A stretch of 64,000 nt of DNA from Phoronis australis (Eukaryota; Animalia; Phoronida). This document shows, piece by piece, positions 37,201 through 48,720 of this stretch. The notes under the pieces are model-generated. The model made no database searches, was not told the DNA's origin, and saw only the letters and a program-made list of their open reading frames with translations. The stretch lies in contig NMRA01000115.1 of the NCBI GenBank assembly GCA_002633005.1, forward strand, positions 432,104 to 496,103, in the 5' to 3' direction. Made by a program: the position numbers and the translations under genes. Each line of letters opens with the position of its first letter. The stretch's first letter is position 1.

Positions 37201-37741
37201 AATGGGTGACCATCATTATCGAAAAATGTTTCTAAGATATATTTGAAAAAATAAACAAAGCATTCAAACATAAAAATAGCAATCTATCAAGATGGGCAAT
37301 TTTTTCTCACCCTGTGTTTTTGGAAGTCGTGACAGCTACCACGAGTCACGAGCACATCGATGTAGGAAATACATATTTACCTGGACTCCCAAGTTTATCA
37401 GTTGTTATGGCGCATGGGCTGTAAACGTTGCAGCGTTGGTCTCAGCAAGCCTGGGTTATGGTAGTATGCATTGACCTGATTCTAAAGTTTGACTTGTTCA
37501 GACTGATGTTGTGATATGTTTTACATCTTGTTATCCGTTGTCATTAATGCAGTAGTCGTCCAAATCAGTCGTCAAAATTCAGCCATAGTAAACTAACACA
37601 CACACTCCCAATAACTACAAATTCCGAGTACATCCCCGTATGATGGATATTTATCAGGACATCAATTTTATGATTGGTTGAAAAGGGAAATGCCAAACGG
37701 GTTAAAAGCAGTCTCTGAAACTGACCGAGCACCACATCAAT

Positions 37742-39724
37742 AGACCCTATTCACGCCGACAGGAGGCGCGTTCCAAAACGAGGCTCGCTACGATAGCTCT
37801 GGTGGCTTATCCGCGTAGTTGTACTCGGCGTTGCTTGAACAGCTAGAAAAAATACGGACACTCTGTTTTACAATCCCTAAGGATGTTGGGATTCGGAAGC
37901 GTTGGGTCCTTGCCATACGTCGCGACGAAGGAAAATATGTCCGTGTAATTTTTCTAACTGTTGTAATTTGTCGCATTTCGGACTGGATGCCGCCATAGCA
38001 ACAAGGACCGGAGAATCTTCGGCCAGCCAGGCTGTGTTTTCATGACTATGGGTTGAAGCGCGATGCATTTTTCTTTACAAAAAGGACAGGGCCCTCAATC
38101 CCTCAATTTTGGGGTCAAATATCGGCCCTATTCCCCTCTCAAAAATATTGAAAAATCACGCGAAATTCCCGGCCACGAGGCCTATAAAAATCCCCTTTGT
38201 GATTGAAAATTTCTCTCCAACGGTTCAAATCACCTGTGGTACAAAATTTAGGGCCCGGCCCCCTCCCCCCCACCTTGACTGCCGCAAGCAAAATAAACCA
38301 GCAAAACGTGAAGCGGGAGGCCGAAACTTGTACTGAGTTCGAGCTAGGACCGGTAGCGGACGAGGGGGAAAACACGTTCAGTTTTATTTTTTTTTTAGTC
38401 CAACGACAGATTTCAAGAGCAGAAGGTATACATCCTCAGCGCCCGCAACTTCCGGGCCGCCTGCGTGCATACAATCGCGCTTTGCCCGCTTCTCCGAGGA
38501 TGTCGCCCCCCCTCCCCCGGCCCTCACTAGAGGCCTATATGGTATCCTAGATCAGCCACTGAAAATGCTACTTGAGACAGAGCTATGAGAGCTTGCAAAA
38601 GGCCGGGTGCTATTGACACACCTTCGACCCGTCACTCGGCGAAACGTTCCCCTCTCACTCAGAAGGCCGCACACACATGAGGCACCTTTCCCCTCGGATA
38701 TCATGAACGAGGCCTCTGAAGAAACATGATAACTATGCTTGTTCCAGGGGGGGATCCAGGACTTTGAGTTGGAGGGGGCAAGGCAGAGTATTAGCCAGGA
38801 TTTTGCCCGTCAGAAATTCTCACTCCTGAACTGCCAAATGGAATCTGGGAGAATTTTAGGGGGGCTGGGGCATAGCTCCTTGGCTCCCCTCTAAATCCGC
38901 CACTGTGTTCTGTCCAGTTAACTGAAATTGAGCTCTAAAACGAGGTTATGCTTTGGACGAAAGAATTACATGTAGGCGATTTAATTTTGAAAGTCAACTT
39001 GGTCGAGATTGATATTTGAAAAATATAACACATGAAATAGACGTAATTATTAAAACCAAGAAAGCAGAATTGATGGTCATATAATTTTTATTTTCAATTG
39101 CGAGCCTAGTTTTTTTATCGTAATCAAAATATATATTTAATAACATCCAGTATTATTTCAGATCAATGACAAATCAACTGTTAGTCCCAGTAGTATCTAC
39201 CTCACCAGGACCTAGGCTATGCTTGAAGCTAATAGGCCTACTCTTGATCAACAAATTAAACCAGATGAGACTAATTGCACATGACAGCAACATGCTATGA
39301 GCCACCACTGTCGAATATACAGTATCTTCAACTCGTCAACAATACGACCAGATGACCTGGTTCGTGTAGAAAGCATTTTTATCAAGAATTTATTAGAAGA
39401 AACGTAACCCTGCATTCATCATGATACCTAAACCGTAACACTACGATCGCCGCAATTTGGTCATGTTTACTTTTCATGTTTCGAGCCTAGTTTTCCGGAA
39501 AAAACTTATAACCTTTCGTCAGACAACTCTTTAGTGCATTGACTTGTTCTTTAACTGTATTTTTCTACGTCTTTGGTTAATTATTGACACATTTTTTAAG
39601 ATTTAATATTCAAGTTGGACTCCAAAGACCGGCCTTTAACTCACGCAATGTAAATTTCCGCTTTGTTTATCGCAGTGAGCCTCGCTTTGGATTTTAATGT
39701 CCGCCGCGTACGTGAATAGAGTCT
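37742..39724 (+). mobile_element. ISL2EU/Harbinger-related non-autonomous element, copy 2, with THAP remnant
   Basis: AT|AGACCCTATTCACG ... CGTGAATAGAGTCT TIRs; FTIPKDVGIRKRWVLAIRRDEG...SHF at ~37866-37980; nested MITEs. Confidence 0.7.
38745..38905. mobile_element. MITE (CAG..GGAT / ATCCGCCACTG ends)
   Basis: Absent from the equivalent site in copy 1 (~31865); TGTTC on both sides. Confidence 0.7.
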
Positions 39725-40622
39725 ACACTGTATAACAGGCCAGGTCCCCTCAGTCAGAGGGTTCTTCTCTGAGGTCATTCCTCAGTGTATTATTTATTTC
39801 AACATGACATGACAGCACCACTATTAGATTCCATTGCGCCTGTCAGTTTATGAAGGACTGAAGCTGCCATATGAATTTAAGCATCTGAGAGTACGGTCTA
39901 AATAATTAACCCGTGCTTGGACGCCGTGACCTTTTTATTACCCAAGTGGTGTGTCTTGGACAAAACTCATGTGGGCGACATCTGAAGTAGAAAGATAAGC
40001 AGCAGGGATCATTTTGTCAATTGTCTCCAGCCATTAATGCTTTGAATTCCGGCTTACGCTTTGTGATGGGCAACAATTTCTATATGCGACAGCGGTATTT
40101 CTGACCGACCTGTTTAATATTAGATTCTCGCTGCTAGAATGTTTCCTGAACCCTGTTCCCAATGCTGTCCATTCGCCATGTATCCATCGAAGTCACGCCA
40201 CTAACCAATCGGACGTAATAATCTCGTCACGTAATATAAACATACTGCATGGCTAGCAGATATTTTCTGTTAGCTAGACACGTTTCTATAATGTGAGCGT
40301 CGGTGGATTTCGATGCAAAATGGCTAAAATGTGTCATGGGCGTGGTGTAATGAGACGACAGATCGCTTAATTGGGTGTATTGCAATTTATTTATTTCAAA
40401 ACCCTGGCAAAACACAAGTAATATGGGTAAAATCCCTTCGGTGTATTCAAGCATGCCGGCGTCTACACGATCACTACTGAAAGTAAACATTGCCAGTAGA
40501 AACTACTAGCTGAAAGGTTGCACCAAGTAAACGGGCCATGATCAAAGAGTTGGTATGTTTACAAATTACCATTAAAATGCAGCCGGATACATAAATGTCC
40601 AGTTGGTACGTACATGTATTGC

Positions 40623-41962
40623 CGCAAAAGGTACCTGCTCATCCAAAACCTTTACGACAAACAGATGGCGTTCTCATCAATCACGTGTCCTTTTATCGCT
40701 CAAATAAGACTGTCTGCCAGAGAATCTTGACCAAGCACCTTGACCTACATTCTGCTGCTGCTGACTGTAGCCACAGGTCACGAGAGTTCATGAACCAGAC
40801 AGCTGTATGTCCTGATGAGTGGCGAATTTGTGTGGAAAAGAAATCTTTGTGTCCGACATTCCATATTTAAAACCCCTTTTGTAATACATGTAACTATTTA
40901 AAACATATAATTAAGATGAAAGTGTTCAAATAATCTACGCTGTTGTGATTGCTCGGCCTAAACGCTGGGGTAAAATATATGTTCAATGAACGTGACCATG
41001 GTGAGGCGACATATAAATTGGTCAAATAAACCCATTTTTGCTCTTCAATCGTCTAGTTTTTGAGCGAACTTATTGGTCAGTACTTGAACGTTCACCCTAT
41101 AAACTCCATATAATAAATCATTTCACCATGCCAAAATTAATCCTTTCGGTCAAAAATGCATAAAGAGCTTTGATAATTTACTTTTAGCCGTTACATAATT
41201 CCCCATGCAGTGTTGACATTAAACATTCTCATTTGTGTCGGGTATTTTTCTGTCAGAAGTTTGTGCCAAACTAAACCTAAGTGTGTGAGGTGAAATTTAT
41301 CTTACAATTTACAACCTACAATGTTGCAATCCTTTGGGAAGCATGAGCCTGGTTGCCACCACACCAGATTTTAAGGTGGCTGACTAAACCGGGCCCGGCC
41401 ACTTTTCCGCCCGGCGAGATTTTGGCAACTCAACAACCATAATTTTTATTAGGTTGAAATATAACCACTATATTTTTTAAATTATGCTTGAATTATACAT
41501 GGTGATATACATGTTAGGTTTTATTCTCTTGCGATATTTTCTCTTTCATTCAGTGTCTCGTTAGCCACTTACAACAGCCCAGCAGACCGGACTGGCCGTG
41601 GCACGGCAGCTGATGGTTCACCAAGGAGAAACGTCTGTAATATTTTATGTTCTATCAACACTAAGGCAAAAGAGAGTGGTTTCAACTTATATAGTATCTG
41701 AACCGTGCACTATAAACATGTTGGTGGTCATGATTAATAACAGCTGACAGTATAAACAAAGAGTGAAGCACTGAGCTCATCATGTCACAACGGCGATGTG
41801 ACGTCAGCAGCTGTAGAATGTATGTCAAGGTGCTGGGTCAAGATTCAGTTCACACAAGAATGTCACATGACTGTGAGCAGCGCTACCTGTTAGTAAAGCA
41901 TCATTTCATCAGGCGCCATCTGCTTGTCGTAAAGGTTTTGGATGACTGGGTACCTTTTGCCG
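40623..41962. repeat. Imperfect ~165-bp inverted repeat pair around a ~1-kb spacer
   Basis: GCAAAAGGTACC..TCATCCAAAACCTTTACGACAA.CAGATGGCG...GAATCTTGACC.AGCACCTTGAC.TACATTCT (40623-40785) is mirrored at ~41800-41962. Confidence 0.8.
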
Positions 41963-44699
41963 TATTGCCTGGGAAAACCGGAAAAACACCCCGGGCGGTG
42001 TTCTTGCTGGAGACAAAATTTTATAAGGAGGCGTTTTCCATGCTTCATTCCGTATATGGGAAATTTCACTTTTACTTTCCAATAAGATGTTGACACCGTT
42101 TAAAACAACTGAACTCACTCCGACTATATGTGTTTGTTTCCTTACTTGAGCGAGTTCGCAACCTAAAATTTAATCCCTGGAAAGAGTAAATTTGAAAGAA
42201 CGGCCAACCGTAGAAGTTTTGAAAATTCGCAGACGGGTATCAGCCTACCTGAGTATATTATTAAACACCACTGTGTGCGAGTGGTGTTTGTACATGTAGT
42301 TGGGTTGTTACTGGTTCCTATGTTGAATTAACTCGGTATTTTTTGCGCAGCGCAGACGGAAGTCAGGCATGAACCTAACCGTCCATTACACTTGATTTAT
42401 TCAGTATCGCAGTGGGGTCAGAACATATTCTGCACAGTGCAGGAAGGAACTACTCGTATGTTTAAATGTGATGCCGGTCAAGGCAAGCTGCGACTACAAT
42501 TGATTTTCAACGTATTATCTCTCGACTGGAATATAGCAATTTCCTATTTATGGTTACGTAAGACCTTATCGACAAGTGTGAAAGCAGAAAACCTGTAGAG
42601 TTCGATTGTGGACTTTTTAGAAATTTTTCGCCAATTTGGTTAGGTCACCATGTCTTTTTAGTGAAACTTGGCAAAATTATAAGGTAATTTATAGCAAAAA
42701 CAACGGTATTAACAACATGATCAAATTTTATTTGACATAAATGTTTAAGGCGAGATATCAAATATGCTGTTAGAGTTTTCTAAAAAAATCATTTCTTTTT
42801 ATTTTTATGCCCAACTTTAAAATTTTTTCATGAAAATCATAAAAGTCATATTTTTGACAACACCTCATGCAAAAGTGGAACACTCACTGCAAAAGCAATT
42901 CTTAACAGCCTTTTTGAGAACATGCGCGCACTGATTCCACTGTGACCCTGCAGCTATGGTGATGACCAGCTATTGACCATATTCTATGTATCTCTCACTT
43001 CACTCTATGGATGTTACCTGAGCTGTATGTTGGCACTTGTTGTCCTAAATTGTTGTAAATATGATCCTGATGATGTCTAATGAAAAAACGAAACGTTGAA
43101 TTGAACATGAACATTTTTTTATTTGTGCGGCGATCGTCCGGTTTTTGATCTTATTGTGGCCAAAAACTGATTTAATAATCGAGTAGTTATTGAAGAACAC
43201 AAAGCACGGCGGAACTTTAATTAGGCAGGCGTAATTAGCGTTATTTACAAAGCACAATTTAGAGACCATTGTCTTCAAAGTGTGAAGGCTGTTGACGTGT
43301 AGTTCAATGTGTGAAATTCACAGCGGAATTTAGTTTGCATTTTGCCGACTTCGTTTTAATGAGAAATACTTGTTAATCACTCCCCGAGGCTTTCTCTGTT
43401 TGTTTTAAAACAATTACATGTATTGCTTGATTACTCTCCAATCGATGCGTCATTTTACATTACAAATAGTTATCTACACTGTAGGCTTAATTTGTTTACA
43501 CTAAAGTTTTCTGTAATTGTACGAAATTTGATCATTCTCTGAAACGCTGTCATTTGGGTATAAATTGGCCGCCCAGTAGGTAAATACCTAGAGCACAGAG
43601 AAGCGCCAAAGGATTCAAAACCGAGTACCTTCCTGCGCGTAAACCTACGCCTGGTTTTTCTTAATCTGAGTACTTTTGCTTAATCTAGGCGTAGTTTTAC
43701 TTTTTAAACGATCGTCTGTTATATGAAGCTCTAAAGTGTTCTTAAACGAGTACGTTTCTGCGTGATGACATATGATTATTCTGCGCGTACGTTTAGTTTT
43801 TAAACGATCATCGTTCTGTTCTTATTCAACAAACTTCATTAAAGACACCACTAGACTTTTTCTTACCGAGCTTGATACTGGAACGTTCGTAATTTCAGAA
43901 CAGTCTCCTTTCTTCTGGGCTGGGTTGCATAAAACTTCAAAATTATCTGCTGGGTTTCTTCTTCACATGAAAACAGACAAGGCCACTGATCCGATATGTT
44001 CATGTAAAGCTGGATATTTACCATAAAGTTGAATTATCTGTACCATGCCATGTGTGGAATTGGCCGTAATTCAGTGCACTACTTAAGTTAGGCCAACCTT
44101 CTGATGAACTTCATATTTTTGTAGTTTCTTTGCATAAAGGTAGTTTGCATTTAATTTTAAACGCAACGTGATCACTAAGCTGTGGTATGGTAACAAAAAT
44201 GACAAGTATGGTGTAGTAGAAAAAAGTGACCATCTACAAAAATAACTAAAATTGTTTTGAAAGCTTCATAAATCCAAGTATTGTGTTTGAACAACTACAA
44301 AACGAGCTCTCCTTAAGTCTACAGCCGTAGTGTATACTGGAGGTTCTCACCAAAATGTATTTCAACTGTTTATTTTTTCGTGACAACAGTTCGAACGAGG
44401 ATTTGAGTCGAGTCATCTAGTGCCCTCCCAGCATGCGCCAATCGAATCCGACCAATTTTGGTGAGAAGTTCAGTTGAACGCCAGCTTACGGGTATATGAA
44501 TAACACAAATGAACATGGGCTACGAAACAGAAGGATGTTCATTATAGGTAGAAATAAATGAAAAATAATAAAAATGTCCTTAAAAATAACTTTCCGGGGA
44601 CTATTGCTAGACTAGTGCTGGGATCCAGCAGACGCAGAGACAAAGGCCCCACATGAGTGAAACTCCGGAGTTAAAGTCAGATAGGCCTACAGTATAGCC

Positions 44700-44941
44700 A
44701 CCAAACTGAAAAGTACGTATTTTGAAACAAATATTTTTGTGTTTACTTTCGAGTAATCCAGCAACATTGTTAAGTTTAGCTGTTCGTGTGTTGTGTGGCC
44801 GTCCACACAGTTTGATCCATCGTCTATACACTCGACAACACTTTTCGGTTTAGGGAATGCCCAAAAAATGACAGGATATTCTTCTCGAGTTGTATTACGG
44901 ATGCCAGGACTACACACGCCATATCAACACCGTTTCACCAT
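44700..44941 (-). pseudogene. THAP-domain remnant of a DNA transposon
   Basis: MVKRC*YGVC...IFWAFPKPK, then frameshifted RRWIKLCGRPH...KNIC. Confidence 0.65.
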
Positions 44942-45162
44942 TCTTTTCGCACAGTTTTTAAGGTATATACTAAAAATTACCTTTACCGACAACGGCATTG
45001 TTTGTTGGGTAAAATGGCGGCTTGGAAACGCAGTCGAAGGTGTGTCAAGAATGCTGCGTTCTGATTGGTTAGTTAAACCATCAGTCATAATTCTGGCGAT
45101 AGGTCAATTACTGATTTGGGCAATTCACGAATCTACAAAAACAAGACCATATCCCCCTCCGA

Positions 45163-45880
45163 CCCAGGAAATTTTTCTGTTTTTACCTCTAAAAATCAAG
45201 CATTTTCCTTGATTCCTCAAGTATTATCCAAGAAAAAAAGGCAAAAAAGAAACGCAGAACGTCAAACAGGAAATAATGCAAGTATCAAAATTTCGAACTC
45301 ACGACCTAGCGATTACAGCGCGCTTGCATAACCACTACGCCACCACGATTTACCTACACACGTCATACTAAAAGACCTACTTGTTTATGGTCCACAGCGT
45401 TTGCGCGCGAAACCTACTTGTTTTTGTAATGCTTCTTACACGTTTTATATTTTGTGGCATCAATTCTTAACAAATTTGTCGTATTTAAAATAGTCTTCAA
45501 ATGCCCAAAAGACCAAATCCGTTTTTCGTGTTGGCAATAATGACGGGTTTGCTTTGGAAATCGTCTTAAGATAAGGTTTGACAAAGAGAGTATTGCGAGT
45601 TTCTGAGTGATTTACTAAGGCTTCGATTAAAATTCACATCTTACCAGCAGCTTCTGTTTTTTCATCGTAACTCAGGTTCTATTTTCTTTAAAAAATGAAG
45701 TAAATTTTCTTCATTGCACAGTGGAGCAGACGACGGAAACAGAGTCGTAGTGCGCAGCGCCACTGCCGGTCGCCTGGGATATTGCGGGAGAGCCTATACT
45801 TAGCCACAGTTCCGTTACGAATGCGTCGTGTTCAGAATTTGACACTTGAAATTGGATTTAAGCCCCCCCTCCAACACTAA
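45163..45880 (+). mobile_element. Second copy of the 30611-31102 repeat
   Basis: Direct similarity over ~500 bp; right boundary approximate. Confidence 0.75.
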
Positions 45881-45974
45881 AACTGCACATATTTAAATCT
45901 TTTTTCATCCGTATAATTTTAATTACCGGGGTTAATTAATAAACTCAACATTTCCCTACGCTCTTACTGCTTTA

Positions 45975-46635
45975 NNNNNNNNNNNNNNNNNNNNNNNNNN
46001 NNNNNNNNNNNNNNNNNNNNNNNNNNNNNNNNNNNNNNNNNNNNNNNNNNNNNNNNNNNNNNNNNNNNNNNNNNNNNNNNNNNNNNNNNNNNNNNNNNNN
46101 NNNNNNNNNNNNNNNNNNNNNNNNNNNNNNNNNNNNNNNNNNNNNNNNNNNNNNNNNNNNNNNNNNNNNNNNNNNNNNNNNNNNNNNNNNNNNNNNNNNN
46201 NNNNNNNNNNNNNNNNNNNNNNNNNNNNNNNNNNNNNNNNNNNNNNNNNNNNNNNNNNNNNNNNNNNNNNNNNNNNNNNNNNNNNNNNNNNNNNNNNNNN
46301 NNNNNNNNNNNNNNNNNNNNNNNNNNNNNNNNNNNNNNNNNNNNNNNNNNNNNNNNNNNNNNNNNNNNNNNNNNNNNNNNNNNNNNNNNNNNNNNNNNNN
46401 NNNNNNNNNNNNNNNNNNNNNNNNNNNNNNNNNNNNNNNNNNNNNNNNNNNNNNNNNNNNNNNNNNNNNNNNNNNNNNNNNNNNNNNNNNNNNNNNNNNN
46501 NNNNNNNNNNNNNNNNNNNNNNNNNNNNNNNNNNNNNNNNNNNNNNNNNNNNNNNNNNNNNNNNNNNNNNNNNNNNNNNNNNNNNNNNNNNNNNNNNNNN
46601 NNNNNNNNNNNNNNNNNNNNNNNNNNNNNNNNNNN
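45975..46635. other. Assembly gap
   Basis: Run of N. Confidence 1.

Positions 46636-46671
<36 letters not shown>
46636..46671. repeat. (CA)n microsatellite
   Basis: Directly visible; abuts the gap. Confidence 0.98.
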
Positions 46672-46675
<4 letters not shown>

Positions 46676-48720
46676 TCATGTACATATACTTATCCCACGT
46701 GCACATACATACATAAAGTAGGTTATCCCACAAACACAGGAATACTTCGGCGATATCCTATCGAGAATTCAATTCATATGGTGCATGTATGTAATGTCCG
46801 AACCAGACAAAAAGGAGGGTTTTGTCACACCGTTCGAGCAAAATACCTCTTGTTGATGTGCAGTCTTTAAATGTACACAACATACTGAACTGAAAGTTTC
46901 CTTGACCGAGAAATCATGTATCTTGCGGTTAGCAAGACACTCGAGATGTTCTCAGAATTCGTTTGGGATTAGACAAAAAGGTGCACATTCGCAATATCAA
47001 CAAAGCTGTTTTAAAAATTTGTATTATTCTATACTGAATGGGGTGCATTTTGTAGCGAAACATGCGAGTGCGAGGAAACGAGGAAAAACGTGAGGTTAGG
47101 TGTTTTGCATAGTAGTGAAACGTTGAGGTTAGTATATACACCGTTAACCGTTTAAATTAATTAATTTAATTAAAACTGAAAGTCAGAAAATCCGTCTTCA
47201 ATTCGGTGTCATAAGCTAGAAACCCGTAGTCTGCTCGGGAGCAGACTACATGTAAAAGCCAAAAGGAAATAACTAAAATCGTGACCCATTTTCAAAATGT
47301 TTTGTTTAGTTCAGTCATGCTTTGCTTGCAATACACGTTGATATCTCGGTTTGTCTTGATTAATTTTACGTTTTCACGAGGTTCTAGCGTCTAGGGTACA
47401 CTGCCCTGTTTGGCAGGTGTGGCAAATCGCTATGCTCATGTGCCACATCTCATTTACAAGAAATAGAACTTGAGTAGTCATAATACAACTAATATTCTGT
47501 TGAATAATGGCCTCGTGGCGTTACATCCCACTGTGTTCTGAGGATCGTCTTACGGTCCACTTTTGGGGCCACCAGCAGCAGCTAGGGTTTCCTGGAATTC
47601 TACCTCAGTCCACTGTGCTCATTAGTGGAGGGAAGGATTGGGGCGCTTTCAGAATAGGGCATGACGTAAGGTGACCTTTTCCGAGGTTCATTTTAGCAAT
47701 GTATTAGTTGGGTAAGGTTTACCTAAGCCTTTTTAAAGTTACCTCTTCGAGTACGGGCCATTATGTCTACACTCGTGTTTATGTCTATTGATGGCGACTT
47801 TATTGATGTCACGGAATATTAGTTAACGCTAAAATAAAATAGCAACAAAGATTCTACGAGAATAGACATTTTTAAAATCACGCAACATGTTATTTGAAAT
47901 AAAAATAATATTACATTGTTTGAAAATCAGTAAATGTCGTAAATGCAACCAATACTTTGCGCCTGTGTGCCAAATTGTGCCGAATCCAATAAAATGTACA
48001 ATAAGTAAAAAATTTGATATCACGCTCCCACTATGTAAATACCGAATGAAGGTATATAATTATTACCACACATTATGGTGCAATTTTGATACTTTTGATA
48101 TGTGTGATAGTGCATCATGGGTGTTACAGGATTTGTCAAATTCCAAGTGACTGGAGTAAGGTCCGCTGCGTCCTCGTCCTTAGCCTCAAGATCGGTTCAG
48201 ACATTCGAGGCTTGATTATGGGAAATGTTATGTTACATCAACTTTGAAGTTTTCTGCACTATAATATAAAATGAACACTAACGGTATATTTCTGCAATTT
48301 AGATCTAAATTATTGCAAAAAATACGTATTTTGATTGACATTATTGATAAAAAAGAATTGAAAATGAGTACGCAAACAACTTTTATTCCAAATAATAACC
48401 AAAACAATGTCATCTGTTTTATGAATGACAGCAACAACGCCTGTGAAAAAAAATTGTAATTTGCCTTTGTTTTAATGACGTCAAGGCAGCGGCCCACATT
48501 GCGTAAAAGGTATTTCCCAAAACCAAACGGGGACGAGGCTGGGTCCGCTGCATCAGTCGATGAGTTGTCGTCTCGAACATGTGTTTTCAATTCCTGGTTG
48601 AATTTCAAAGAACAATTAGCGTTCATCAAAATGCACATTGAGCATACATGTAACTGACGTATACTAGTTTGATTTTGAAATGTTTGTATTTTGGTAGGTT
48701 AGCAGTAAACAGGCACTAAA

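Noticed and set aside
31535-39263. One large foldback transposon with 1.4-kb TIRs
   Set aside because: The recognisable termini face the spacer and copy 2 has its own far TIR, so two inverted copies fit better.
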